Part shown: one piece after another, positions 29,608 to 40,284 of the stretch
Layout of the letters: every line of letters starts with the position of its first letter
Numbering within the stretch: position 1 is the first letter of the stretch
Virus record (IMG/VR): IMGVR_UViG_3300042561_002102
Source of the DNA: a virus
Taxonomy: Duplodnaviria; Caudoviricetes
Strand: one strand, 5' to 3'
Length of the DNA: 64,000 bases
Notes under the pieces: model-generated
What the model was told of the DNA's origin: nothing
The model's database searches: none
The model's input: the letters and a program-made list of their open reading frames with translations, nothing else
Position numbers and translations under genes: made by a program

Positions 29608-31146
29608 ATGATAATCACTAAACTTGAAAATTTTATTGGCGAATCTATTCTACAAGCTTCCAGTGAGTTGAAATCTTTACTTACTAATCTTGACGATCGG
29701 ATATCGAAGGTATTACTGAGCCTAATTGGTAAAGATGTAAAAACAAATTATAATTTCTTAAACTTAAGTGACGAAGCTGGTAAATTTACTTTTACAAGTG
29801 ATTCTCAAGCTAGTAGAAAACTCTCTAAAGGTGTAACTGAAGAAGAAATATTCTCTACTGGCAGTAAATCTTATGTAGGAAGAATAGTTCACTCAATACT
29901 AGAAGACAACGGTATTGAACATACTATGCAAGAAATCGAAATATTCACCAATAAATTCAAAGCAGCCGTAGAGTTGGGAAGATTTCGTGATAGAATAAAA
30001 GTAGTTAGTGGTGATGATATAGCTTTTTGGTATTCAGAAAATAACTACAATGAGAGAACAAGAAAAGGTATGGGTCAACTTGGAAAATCTTGTATGAGAA
30101 GTAGCAGAATCTCGAAATTTTTCAAGATTTATACGATGAATCCAGATACGGTTAGAATGGTCATTATTTTAGATGATGCTGAAAAACTCTCAGCTAGAGC
30201 ACTACTTTGGAACTATTCAGGTAAATTTTATCTAGATAGAATTTACTTTACAGAAGATTCAGAGCAAGAGTTGATGAAAAAATGGCTTGAAAAATATTAT
30301 TTACTAAGACCGTTAGATAAACTTTCTCTTTCGGATGATGTTGTTATTAAAAATACTGAAAACCCAGATGGAACATTTAATAAGTATCCTTATATGGATA
30401 CTTTTAAATTTTACAACCCAAAAAAGAAAACTCTTCGTGTTTTAGAACCATCAGACAAAAGTGGTTGGATTCAGATTTCAGATACTGGTGGTGGATTTGA
30501 GTATTTAGATAGAATATGGTGTGAGAATGAACAGGAGTGGTATCCAGAAGACAAGTGTGTTTATTCACAATATGATGATATTTACATACATAGAGATAAC
30601 GCGGTTTATTCTAAGTATTACTCGGATTACCTATATCGACCAGATGCTGTTTTTTCCGAAACGCAAAATAGTTGGCTTAAAGAAGGAAACTCTATTACCT
30701 TTTACACAGATTTCAATCAAAATGGAAAGGACGTCGTTGATAGAGATGAAATTATGGGTATTTGTTTTCCTAAACTAATAGAAGTTAAAAAAACTTACAA
30801 GGTTGTGTGGTTTAGTGATAAACTTTTCGATTCTGGTGAAAATAGTAGAACGCTAGTTGAGGATTACTACGATCTCCTAGTAAAATATTTTCCTCCAGAA
30901 GATGTCGAAATAAAATCAGAAGGTGAAAATAGGTATACCTTAAGTTCTCGTGAATATCCAAACTTTCTGGTGGTCGAAAAAAGGATATTGCTTGCTAATT
31001 TTTCATATCCAACATTACAGAAATTTTTTTGGGAAAAATTCAAATTAGTTGTTGATTATCATCTTGAAAAATATTGGTTTGAACAGGGCCTTAAAAGATA
31101 CTGGAAAGAGATAAAGGCTAAAAAAAATATTCAAGTAGAGTGGTAA
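29608..31146 (+). CDS. Uncharacterised SCM/RALLW/DRIY/YPYMD-family protein (paralog of 32880), CTS-like N-terminus
   Basis: GKSCMRS, ARALLW, YLDRIY, YPYMDTF. Confidence 0.8.
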   Translation: MIITKLENFIGESILQASSELKSLLTNLDDRISKVLLSLIGKDVKTNYNFLNLSDEAGKFTFTSDSQASRKLSKGVTEEEIFSTGSKSYVGRIVHSILEDNGIEHTMQEIEIFTNKFKAAVELGRFRDRIKVVSGDDIAFWYSENNYNERTRKGMGQLGKSCMRSSRISKFFKIYTMNPDTVRMVIILDDAEKLSARALLWNYSGKFYLDRIYFTEDSEQELMKKWLEKYYLLRPLDKLSLSDDVVIKNTENPDGTFNKYPYMDTFKFYNPKKKTLRVLEPSDKSGWIQISDTGGGFEYLDRIWCENEQEWYPEDKCVYSQYDDIYIHRDNAVYSKYYSDYLYRPDAVFSETQNSWLKEGNSITFYTDFNQNGKDVVDRDEIMGICFPKLIEVKKTYKVVWFSDKLFDSGENSRTLVEDYYDLLVKYFPPEDVEIKSEGENRYTLSSREYPNFLVVEKRILLANFSYPTLQKFFWEKFKLVVDYHLEKYWFEQGLKRYWKEIKAKKNIQVEW

Positions 31147-32867
31147 TCAAAGATTTCAGGCAGTTTCTTATCAGGGAAAACTTAGATGCTGCTAGAAAGT
31201 TTTTAGATAAAACTATTTATAAAGAGGATGAACCTGCACAAAAATTGTTTCGTAAAACTTTTGACAGGATTATCAAAAGATTAGGATCGAAAGTTGGATG
31301 GTCATTACTTTTTACCCGATTTTATTTTCAAGAAGGTATCGAATTGTCTAGACTTTTTAGAGATGAGAATACACCTGAAATCGGAGCTCTTTACGATAGA
31401 CTTTCAGGTATAAATCCGGGCGATCTACCTCGTCAATTGGATGAATATCCAAAGCTTGAAAATGGATTCGAAATACTTTCTGATGATATTAGAGATTTAG
31501 AAGAGAGGGCGAGTGTGAAAGATTTCATACAAAACTTACCAGGTCAATTTGTTGTAACAAATAAATATTCATCTAAACTTGGTCAAACTATACCTTCTAT
31601 GAAAGAGGAGTTTAGAAGAATGTCGCCAGAAAAAAAAAGAGAAGTTATTCAACTTGCGATAGCTATTCGTCAATCAGGAGAGGCTAAATACAAAGCTTTC
31701 ATACAAAAAGTTAAAAGATATGGATCCCTATCAGAACTTATAACAGCAGGTAAAAAATATTTACTTGCTCTAAATCTTGAACAGGAAGAAAACTATCTAG
31801 AAAAGATAAGTTCACTTCCTGAGAAATTTGTAGAAGTTCTTTTCGATAGATTTTCTATCTATATTGTAAAAGTAGATAGTTTTTTTGTAAATCAAAGATT
31901 ACACGGTATGACTTCACATTGTATAGCAAAAGATATTGGACACTGGAATACCTATTATCTACCTGAAAATACACAATACTATATTACAAACTTTAATCTT
32001 GATTCGTCAGATCCTCTATCAGTTATAGGAGCGACGGTTTATCCCAATGGGAAATTCAAGACTATTCACTCTAAATTCGATAAAAAGATGAGTACAGACG
32101 AACTTATTTCGTATCTTGATGGATTAGAAAAAGAATTTAGAATTGATATCGATTTACTAAAATTTCTAAAACCGATAACATATCCAGAAATATTAGTTCG
32201 AGAAAAAAGAAAAGAGGCAAATATAAAAATTAAAAAAACAGGACTTTCTTTAGTAGAGATCCAAAAATTACTAGAGGATGGAGCAGATCCAAATGGAACT
32301 TTTGGAGAACCTCTCAAAAATGCCATAAACGAAAATAACATAGAAAAAGTTGAATATCTTTTACAAAACGGAGCGGATCCCAATATCTTAGAAAGAGAAC
32401 TATCTTTCGGAAATGTTTTTAGTATAAAATCAAAAGAGATTTTTTTCTTACTTATTCGTTATGGATTAAAGAACACATCTACTAAAACTTTATTTAGAAT
32501 ATACGATGATTTTTCTAAAGAGGGTCTACAATATTTAGTTAGAGAACTAGGTATAGAATCTATAAATCGGTTTGATGCTCATTTATTGAGAAAGTCGGTT
32601 GTTCGTAAAGAAGTAGATTCTGTTAGGTGGCTGCTCCAAAAAGGAGCTAATCCTACCGTTAGAGGTGGCGAGCCTATACATCTAGCTATTGATGAATATA
32701 AAAAAATCGAGAAGATTTCACCTGAACAAGCTAAAAAAGTTCTAGATATTATTGGTTTATTATACAATAGTCTTGAGACGAGTGAAATAGGTAGAAAAAT
32801 TATTCAGGGTGTTAGTAAAAGTCCAGATAGATTGGAGATATTGAATAAATCTAGAAAAAAATATTAA
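31140..32867 (+). CDS. PcfJ-like (HC motif) domain plus C-terminal ankyrin repeats, CTS-like N-terminus
   Basis: TSHCIAKDIGHWNTY; LLEDGADPN, LLQNGADPN, LLQKGANPT ankyrin signatures. Confidence 0.75.
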   Translation: MVIKDFRQFLIRENLDAARKFLDKTIYKEDEPAQKLFRKTFDRIIKRLGSKVGWSLLFTRFYFQEGIELSRLFRDENTPEIGALYDRLSGINPGDLPRQLDEYPKLENGFEILSDDIRDLEERASVKDFIQNLPGQFVVTNKYSSKLGQTIPSMKEEFRRMSPEKKREVIQLAIAIRQSGEAKYKAFIQKVKRYGSLSELITAGKKYLLALNLEQEENYLEKISSLPEKFVEVLFDRFSIYIVKVDSFFVNQRLHGMTSHCIAKDIGHWNTYYLPENTQYYITNFNLDSSDPLSVIGATVYPNGKFKTIHSKFDKKMSTDELISYLDGLEKEFRIDIDLLKFLKPITYPEILVREKRKEANIKIKKTGLSLVEIQKLLEDGADPNGTFGEPLKNAINENNIEKVEYLLQNGADPNILERELSFGNVFSIKSKEIFFLLIRYGLKNTSTKTLFRIYDDFSKEGLQYLVRELGIESINRFDAHLLRKSVVRKEVDSVRWLLQKGANPTVRGGEPIHLAIDEYKKIEKISPEQAKKVLDIIGLLYNSLETSEIGRKIIQGVSKSPDRLEILNKSRKKY

Positions 32868-32879
32868 TAAATAGATATT

Positions 32880-34388
32880 ATGAAGATAAAAGGTTGGCAA
32901 GATTTCATACTAGAAAGTGTTCTACATAGTTCTGATAAGTTTTTAGATTATCTTAGAAGGATTGACAATAAGATAGCTAGAGAATTGATAAATCTTCTAG
33001 GAAAGGATATTAAAACAAAGTATAACTTCTTGAATGTTGCAGATAGTGAGGGTGATATTTTTTTCTGGCCAGATTCTAAAGTTCAGAAAGATAGTTCAAC
33101 ACTTTCAACTAGACCCTCTAAAGGATCACTTGGAAGAGTTATAGGCGGAATACTTAGAGATAATCAGATTGAGTTTACCTCTAAAGAACTCGAAGATTTT
33201 GTAAGAAGATTCGGAGCTCTATGGCTAGCCGAAAACGTTGACCCCAATAGATATCAAATAGTTGAAGGTGATGATATTCGTAAATGGTATTTAGAATCTA
33301 ACTACTCAGAAGAAACCAAATCAGGGGTGGGGACTTTGGGAAAATCTTGTATGAGATACAAACATTGTAGTAAGTTTTTGGATATTTATGTTCTCAATCC
33401 AAAGGTAGTAAAGATGTTGATTCTTTTAGACCAGAAGGGTGAGCTAAGAATGAGAATGCTCGTTTGGGATTTAGATGATGAGTATTACTGCGATAGATGT
33501 TACTATACAAGAGAATCAGAACAAGGTGCAGCTATTCAATGGCTTGAAAAAAACCTAGACAAACCTCTTATAACCGATTTGGATTCAGAATATGAATACT
33601 ACATAAAATTAGAAAAATCTACTCTATCTGGCGGTGAATTTACACATTACCCCTATATGGATAGTTTCAAGTATTATAATCCAAAAGAAATGGAGCTATC
33701 GACTGAAGAACCTGAAACTGAAAGAAAAGATTGGTATTTAATCAATCAAACGGATGGTGGCTGTGAACGACTAGGTATCGTCTATTGTGTTTATGAAGAC
33801 GGAGAGTATCCCGAAGAGGATTGTGTTTGGAGTGAACCAACCGGCACTTGGCTCTTACGAACCAATGCCGTAGAATCCACTTACCACCAGGGATGGTTAC
33901 ACAAACCAGCTAGCGTGTGGTCTGAAAAACTCGGAAGTTGGATAGTGAAAGCTGTCTCAAAAGAAGCTTGGATTGATCTAAAAAAGACTAAAAAAAGTTG
34001 GTTACCTACTAATTTAACTTCTAGTTTTATAAGTGGTGGTCGTCTAGAGTATTGGGATTCAGACCTAAAAAAGCAAGATGAAAAACCAGAAAAGGTTATA
34101 TTGGACTGGTTACTCGAAAAATATCCAGTAAGTGAGCTAAAAATAAGTAAGCGGGAAAAAGATCAACTTATGGATTCTCAAATTTACTACAAAAACTTTC
34201 CCGTTCTTGAGTTCATTTCTAAGATTGGTATAGTTGGTGGTACTGTTTTTTCAGATGAAATTACGAGAGAAATTATCCAAACTTTTTTCTCTGGTGAAGA
34301 AGATAGTTCTAATTATGAGATGGGTCAAATAATGCACAGTGCTAGATTTAATTATACAAAGATGATCCAAAAACACTTTGAAAAATAA
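32880..34388 (+). CDS. Paralog of 29608 (SCM/DRxY/YPYMD family), CTS-like N-terminus
   Basis: GKSCMRY, RMLVW, YCDRCY, YPYMDSF. Confidence 0.8.
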   Translation: MKIKGWQDFILESVLHSSDKFLDYLRRIDNKIARELINLLGKDIKTKYNFLNVADSEGDIFFWPDSKVQKDSSTLSTRPSKGSLGRVIGGILRDNQIEFTSKELEDFVRRFGALWLAENVDPNRYQIVEGDDIRKWYLESNYSEETKSGVGTLGKSCMRYKHCSKFLDIYVLNPKVVKMLILLDQKGELRMRMLVWDLDDEYYCDRCYYTRESEQGAAIQWLEKNLDKPLITDLDSEYEYYIKLEKSTLSGGEFTHYPYMDSFKYYNPKEMELSTEEPETERKDWYLINQTDGGCERLGIVYCVYEDGEYPEEDCVWSEPTGTWLLRTNAVESTYHQGWLHKPASVWSEKLGSWIVKAVSKEAWIDLKKTKKSWLPTNLTSSFISGGRLEYWDSDLKKQDEKPEKVILDWLLEKYPVSELKISKREKDQLMDSQIYYKNFPVLEFISKIGIVGGTVFSDEITREIIQTFFSGEEDSSNYEMGQIMHSARFNYTKMIQKHFEK

Positions 34389-34398
34389 AACTAAGCTG

Positions 34399-36003
34399 TT
34401 ATACAGATTTACTTACAAGTAATTTTTCTTTAACAAAATATAAATAATCTATTTGTGTGTTTAAGAAACAATCTATGGCGTGCTTTGGTGTTTCTACAAT
34501 TGGTTCTTGGTTATTGAAAGAAGTGTTTAAAATCATCGGAACTCCTGTTTTTTCAAAAAACATCCTTATAAGATCATAGTAATATCCATTATCTTGTGAA
34601 GTTACTGTTTGAAGACGCGCAGTATTGTCGTTATGTAAAATAGCAGGTACAAATTGTCTTTTTTCTTCTCTCACAGGAACTGCAAAGCTCATGTAGGGAC
34701 TGTCTATATCAAATTCAAACCAATTTGGCACCTCTTCTCTCAATACCGAGGGAGCGAATGGTCGGTAACTTTTCCTGTGTTTAACTTTTAAATTGATAAG
34801 ATCTTTCATATATGCAAATCTTGGATCTGCTATAATACTTCGATTACCAAGAGCTCTTTTTCCTGATTCACTGCCTTCGTTGAATAGAGAAATTATTTTT
34901 GAACCTGTCAATAAATCTACTATCTTATCAACATCTATATTCTGAGTAATAGTTAGATTTTCATAGTTTGTAAGAGTATCTAAGACTTGTGATGAAGTAT
35001 AAGTTTTTCCCAAATAAGAGGTATGATGCTCTTGAACTCTTGGATTATCTAAAATATGATACCAAGTATATTTAGCAGCTCCTATTGATAGTCCACTATC
35101 ATTTGGTGCCTGATCACAAAATACGTTATATCCCTTTTCGATTAATATTTTAGATATTTTACCAAGTGCTACACAATTTAGAGAAACACCACCAGAAAAA
35201 CAAATATTTTTAATTTGTTTGGTGTCCGGCGTAGTGTCTAGATGGGAAAATACAAAATGTATCATCAACTCTTCTGTTGTGTATTGTAGAGCGGCTGCTA
35301 TATGAAATCTATTCTCGTCTGATTTTTGGATCTCTTCTCTAAAAAAAGTTATGAGTTCGGTATATTTCATATTGGAAGATTCTTGCCAAGCCCAAAGATT
35401 TTCAAATCTTAGTTCATTTATTTTAGATAAATATTTTGAATGATCACCAAATGATGCCATAGCCATTAATGTTCCTGATTCATCCCCTTTGGGCGAACAG
35501 GCAAATCCCATATCTAATACAGATTGTAGAAAGAATGTCCATATAGATCCTATATTGAAAGTATGTCCACGATATACTGGATATATTTTATTTTCATTTC
35601 CAAGAAAAACACAATTTGTGGCGAGATACCAATCGTTTTCAAAGCCGCCACCATCAAATGTGAATATTATAGATTTTTCGAAGTTAGAGTTATAAAAAAC
35701 AGATGATGCGTGACAAGTATGATGTCCTACATAATCAATTTTTTTTCCTGTCTCGGTGAATATTTCTTCACCTATATCTGTGTGCCAACCCCATACACTA
35801 ACAAACTGATCAAAATCTTCTATCTTGAAATCCTTAAAGATCAAATTCTTGATTGTATCTGAAAAGGGTGGTTTATTGTTAAAAAGGCCATCGTGTTTTA
35901 TCCTAGTAAATCTTTCTAGTTCATTATGTAGAACTATTTTACCATTTTCTATTACACAATAAGATGCGTCATGTGGGGTAGAGGCATAAGATAATATTCT
36001 CAT
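34399..36003 (-). CDS. Carbamoyltransferase (NodU/CmcH/TobZ family)
   Basis: HDAS, ELERFTRIKH, HHTCHA, GGVSLNC, RALGNRS, RPFAPS, TARLQTV, LNTSFN. Confidence 0.93.
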   Translation of the reverse strand: MRILSYASTPHDASYCVIENGKIVLHNELERFTRIKHDGLFNNKPPFSDTIKNLIFKDFKIEDFDQFVSVWGWHTDIGEEIFTETGKKIDYVGHHTCHASSVFYNSNFEKSIIFTFDGGGFENDWYLATNCVFLGNENKIYPVYRGHTFNIGSIWTFFLQSVLDMGFACSPKGDESGTLMAMASFGDHSKYLSKINELRFENLWAWQESSNMKYTELITFFREEIQKSDENRFHIAAALQYTTEELMIHFVFSHLDTTPDTKQIKNICFSGGVSLNCVALGKISKILIEKGYNVFCDQAPNDSGLSIGAAKYTWYHILDNPRVQEHHTSYLGKTYTSSQVLDTLTNYENLTITQNIDVDKIVDLLTGSKIISLFNEGSESGKRALGNRSIIADPRFAYMKDLINLKVKHRKSYRPFAPSVLREEVPNWFEFDIDSPYMSFAVPVREEKRQFVPAILHNDNTARLQTVTSQDNGYYYDLIRMFFEKTGVPMILNTSFNNQEPIVETPKHAIDCFLNTQIDYLYFVKEKLLVSKSV

Positions 36004-36069
36004 TCAATATTATATATCCTATATTGTAGTTGTTTAACAACCAAATGAAATATTTTAATAAAATGAGTT

Positions 36070-36630
36070 ATGAATACACCATTTTCAAATATTACTTTTC
36101 CGTCTAGGAAATCTATCTTAGAAAACAACAAAACACCAAATCTTGACTCTAGTGGATATGTCCAGAAGCTAGTTGAAGACGCACAAAAAATAGATCTTGA
36201 TAAAGTTGATTTTTCCAACGAGGGAAATTTCAAACCTCGTTCTAAAATTGTAGAGAAACAAAAAGAATATTTTTGGGTAAGAATTTATCTAGAACACGAA
36301 GTTAATCTTAAACAAGAAGATAAAATCATTATTAAAGATTTACTCTACGATGAAGAGCTTGAAGTAGAGTTTATGTTCTGGGGAAAAAAGTATAAAAAAG
36401 GTTCAGATGGAAGAGAACTTACCGAGTTTGATCCAGAAGACGATAAGAAATGCGCAGTTTTAATGATTGATTCTATACGTATCAATACTAAATCTGATGA
36501 TATTCCCTATATAAGAACTCTCTTTCCCTTAAGTAGATGGTTTAGACCCAATTATATTAAAAGAGAAGATCTTCAGTTTATACCAAAGAAAACTGGTGTT
36601 CCGATTGAGTATTATTCAGTAGATTTTTAA
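36070..36630 (+). CDS. Hypothetical protein
   Basis: 186-aa ORF. Confidence 0.8.
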   Translation: MNTPFSNITFPSRKSILENNKTPNLDSSGYVQKLVEDAQKIDLDKVDFSNEGNFKPRSKIVEKQKEYFWVRIYLEHEVNLKQEDKIIIKDLLYDEELEVEFMFWGKKYKKGSDGRELTEFDPEDDKKCAVLMIDSIRINTKSDDIPYIRTLFPLSRWFRPNYIKREDLQFIPKKTGVPIEYYSVDF

Positions 36631-36632
36631 GT

Positions 36633-36660
36633 GAAACTAAATAGTGTTTTTTTCTATAAA
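36633..36660 (+). promoter_or_regulatory. Putative AACT-N16-TATA promoter for DNA polymerase
   Basis: GAAACT-N16-TATAAA, 5 nt before the ATG. Confidence 0.55.
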
Positions 36661-36665
36661 TCTCT

Positions 36666-38162
36666 ATGTTAGTCGATGCTGTTTATATTTCACCAAAAAA
36701 GAAACTACTGGTTTCATACGTAGATAAAACCGGTAATATCAAATTTAAAAACTATAACTGGACCAATCCAAAAAGATATATTACATGTGATAGTGGAGAT
36801 CCAGATAAACATCCAAAATACAAATCTTGGGATGGTAAGTGTGCTAAGTTAGTAGATACCGATAATCCTGATAGATACGCTATTTACGAGTATCTAGATG
36901 CTCTTCCCGAAGCTGAAAGAGATATTCTTTTTGAGTATAATCTACCTAAAATTTACTTCATTGATATCGAAACCGAGATCGTAGATGGTTTTCCAACAGC
37001 CGAAGATACACCTACACAAGTTCTCTCAATTTCTATTGTTTATGACGATAAAATTATATTACTTGGTCTAAAAGATCTCTCGATTGAATCTCAAGAAAAA
37101 ATCATTTCAGATACCAACGAATATTTCAAAGATTTCAAAGCAGATTATAAACTTAAATACTTGAAATACGACGATGAGTTCGATCTATTGAACTCTTTTT
37201 TCAACAAGATGGTTCCACAAATGCCCCTTCTAACGGGTTGGAACTTCCTTGATTACGACTGGAAATATCTAGTTAATCGTTCTAGAAAACTTAAAAAGAT
37301 TATTAACGGTGTTGAATATACAATCGATCCGAATGTATCGTCACCAACCAAAAGAATGAGTAAAATCTGGATGAAAGAGATTGATATTCCCCAACATCGT
37401 ATGGTGTTTGACTATATGCAACTCTACGAGATTTGTGATACTTCAATCAAAGTTAAAGAATCATCTTCTTTGGATTTTGTAGCTAATAAACTGACTGGAA
37501 CTCAGAAGATTAAATATTCAGGTTCGTTACAAAAACTTTATGAAGATGACTTTGAGCTATTCATGTATTACAACGCAGTTGACTCGGTGCTAGTTCAAAA
37601 GATACACGATGTCAAAAATTACATCTCTATTATTTTCGCTATATCGTGCCTTGCTAAAATAAAGATTGTTGATGTTATTTCTCAAATGAATAACTCTCTA
37701 GCTTCTCTTGCTATTACTGAAGGTGTGTTGAGATGTAGATTCAGAGAAGAAGAGAATATGGTATTATTCAAAGAAGAGAAAAAAGGAGCCGACGCAGAAG
37801 GATTGAGTGGTGGTTGGGTTAAAGATCCGGTTGTAGGTATGAATAAGTGGTGTGCTATTTATGATTTTGCATCACTTTATCCTACGACCCAGCGTCAGTT
37901 CTACATAGCTCCTGAGACTTGTCTTGGTAAAAAAGATAAAGCTCGGCCTACACACACCGAGAGTGGTATTGAGATCCAAAGTGACAAACATGTACTATGC
38001 GTGAATGATGTTATTTTTGAGAAAAGAGATTCACCAACACTAAGAATGCTGAAAGATGTTTATTCTGATAGAAAAAAGAATAAAAAGATAATGCTTCAAA
38101 GAAAAGAAGAGCTTAAAGAAGTTCAAGAAAAAATAAAAAAATTAGAAGCTAGTCTTCTGTAA
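36666..38162 (+). CDS. gp43: Family B DNA polymerase, N-terminal half (exonuclease plus motif A) of a split enzyme
   Basis: ExoI FIDIETE, ExoII TGWNFLDYD, ExoIII YNAVDS, motif A YDFASLYP; ends before KxxxNSxYG and YGDTDS. Confidence 0.9.
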   Translation: MLVDAVYISPKKKLLVSYVDKTGNIKFKNYNWTNPKRYITCDSGDPDKHPKYKSWDGKCAKLVDTDNPDRYAIYEYLDALPEAERDILFEYNLPKIYFIDIETEIVDGFPTAEDTPTQVLSISIVYDDKIILLGLKDLSIESQEKIISDTNEYFKDFKADYKLKYLKYDDEFDLLNSFFNKMVPQMPLLTGWNFLDYDWKYLVNRSRKLKKIINGVEYTIDPNVSSPTKRMSKIWMKEIDIPQHRMVFDYMQLYEICDTSIKVKESSSLDFVANKLTGTQKIKYSGSLQKLYEDDFELFMYYNAVDSVLVQKIHDVKNYISIIFAISCLAKIKIVDVISQMNNSLASLAITEGVLRCRFREEENMVLFKEEKKGADAEGLSGGWVKDPVVGMNKWCAIYDFASLYPTTQRQFYIAPETCLGKKDKARPTHTESGIEIQSDKHVLCVNDVIFEKRDSPTLRMLKDVYSDRKKNKKIMLQRKEELKEVQEKIKKLEASLL

Positions 38163-38171
38163 AAACCAAAA

Positions 38172-39824
38172 ATGTCACTATACAAAGATGTAAATAGATT
38201 CAAACCAAGGCAAGAGCAAGTAGATTGCCTTGAGCATATGAAAGTTGTTTTAGATGAAAATCCAAAAACAAAGTTTTTTCTACTGAACCTTCCGGTCGGA
38301 ACTGGTAAATCACATCTAGCGATGATGTTTTCAGATTACTATACCAGAAAGATAAATAAAACTGCGAAAATCGATATCGTAACAGCTTCGAAAATCCTAC
38401 AAGATCAATACGAGGATGAGTATGTAAGTATTTGTAATCTCAAAGGTAAAGAAAACTATAACTGTCAGCAGTATAGCTGCTCGTGTATGCAGGGTAAAGA
38501 GTTTGGAAAACTTAATAAATCTCCCTGTGATATGTGCCCCTATGACGAAGCTAGAAACGGTTGGATTGGTGGTAAAATTTCTCTTACTAACTTCTACCTC
38601 TATCTTATTTATACAATTTATAATGAAAAACTACTCGATCTGAGAAGTCCAAATGTTTTAATCGTAGATGAAGCTCATGAACTTGATTCGGTGATATCTG
38701 ATTTTATTTCTATTAAAATTACAGAAAACACAATCAAAAAGTTGAAGTTTCCAGATGAAAGAGGTATTATCAATAAACTCAAACGTGTTACGAATATCGC
38801 CACCTACATTAACTTTCTAAAAGAGTTTGTTATTGATATTTCAGAGAATATAGCTGAGCTTCAAAAAACGATGGGTGAATCACCAAGAAGTGCGAAAGCC
38901 GACAGACGTGAAAATAGAATAGGAAAAATCACTGGTAGTAAAAACCCTGATATGAAGCTCATGAATATCTTGAATGATCTGACAAGCTATATCACCAAGA
39001 TTGAACTTTTTCTAAAAGAATGGGAAGCCACACCAGACAATTGGGTATTAGAAACTAACTGGAACGAAAAGACACGTCAAAAAGAACTCTCACTTGAACC
39101 TATCTGGTCACAAGAATACTTGAATAAATATCTTTGGTCTAAGTATGATCTAGTTATTTTAATGTCTGGAACTATTATTGATAAGGAACTTTTTTGTGAT
39201 ATCAATGGTATCAATCCAAAAGAGGCTATTTATTACTCTATACCTTCCCCTTTTGATGCTCAGAATAGAAAGATTTTCTATTTACCGATGGGGAAAATGT
39301 CTTGGGAGAAAAAAGAAGAAACTTTCAAGAACTATGTCGAGGTCTTACCGAAAATCTTGAAAAAATATTCCGGTAAAAAAGGTATTATCCATACGAACTC
39401 GTTTGAGCTTTCTGGTTGGATAAAAGAGGCGGTATCGGATGATAGACTACTTTTTCATGATAGTGATAATAAAAATGAAATTTTACAACATCACTACCAA
39501 ACCGACAAGCCTTCGGTGATTGTTTCACCATCGATGTCCACAGGTGTTTCTTTTGATCATGATAGAGCTAGATTTCAGGTGATTGCTAAGATTCCCTACC
39601 CAAGTCTTGGTTCTCAGAAAAATAAAATGAGAAAGCAGCAAAATCCAAACTATTACGCCTGGAAAACTTGCTGTGGTATTATACAAATGTGTGGAAGAGC
39701 TGTTCGTTCACATACAGACTTCGCTGATACGATTATTATTGATTCGTCTTTTGGTGATGTTTTGAGGTATTCATCTAAGTATTTACCTCAATGGTTTTTG
39801 AGTTCAGTTCAGAGTAAAGGTTAG
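38172..39824 (+). CDS. DinG/Rad3-like SF2 helicase
   Basis: PVGTGKS, DEAH, MSGT, Cys cluster, QMCGRAVR. Confidence 0.88.
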   Translation: MSLYKDVNRFKPRQEQVDCLEHMKVVLDENPKTKFFLLNLPVGTGKSHLAMMFSDYYTRKINKTAKIDIVTASKILQDQYEDEYVSICNLKGKENYNCQQYSCSCMQGKEFGKLNKSPCDMCPYDEARNGWIGGKISLTNFYLYLIYTIYNEKLLDLRSPNVLIVDEAHELDSVISDFISIKITENTIKKLKFPDERGIINKLKRVTNIATYINFLKEFVIDISENIAELQKTMGESPRSAKADRRENRIGKITGSKNPDMKLMNILNDLTSYITKIELFLKEWEATPDNWVLETNWNEKTRQKELSLEPIWSQEYLNKYLWSKYDLVILMSGTIIDKELFCDINGINPKEAIYYSIPSPFDAQNRKIFYLPMGKMSWEKKEETFKNYVEVLPKILKKYSGKKGIIHTNSFELSGWIKEAVSDDRLLFHDSDNKNEILQHHYQTDKPSVIVSPSMSTGVSFDHDRARFQVIAKIPYPSLGSQKNKMRKQQNPNYYAWKTCCGIIQMCGRAVRSHTDFADTIIIDSSFGDVLRYSSKYLPQWFLSSVQSKG

Positions 39825-40126
39825 TCTTGTGGCTTAGAGGCAAGAAGTTGTCTTCTTCTGGCAGCTCCTGCTTTTTGTCTAATCATCTTCATTATTTCTT
39901 CACGAGACTTTCTTTTGGGAGTTCTAGTCATAGAATTTCTCTCGGATCTTGATTCACCAAGTGGTGAGATACCCTCTGGCATATCATCATCACCTTCGAT
40001 AGTATCTTCTCCTTCGAGATCAAACTCAGTAATCTTTTCTTTACCCTTTAACATAGGTGAGTCTTGCTCTATATTTTGAATTTCCTGCTCTGGTTCGTAA
40101 TTTTCGAAAGTCTTTAAAAATTTCAT
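39821..40126 (-). CDS. Small hypothetical protein with CTS-like N-terminus
   Basis: MKFLKTFENY; TATATA upstream at ~40146. Confidence 0.8.
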   Translation of the reverse strand: MKFLKTFENYEPEQEIQNIEQDSPMLKGKEKITEFDLEGEDTIEGDDDMPEGISPLGESRSERNSMTRTPKRKSREEIMKMIRQKAGAARRRQLLASKPQD

Positions 40127-40284
40127 GTTGTGTTTTTTTTCTTGTATATATAAAATTTATTTTCTGGAAAAAATCAACTTTTTGATACAAAATATTTGAA
40201 TATTCTCTGGGTGAGTCTTATACGAGCTTGTGAAAGAAATTCATCAATTGTATCGATTATGAAAATATATATTTGAGAAATTAT

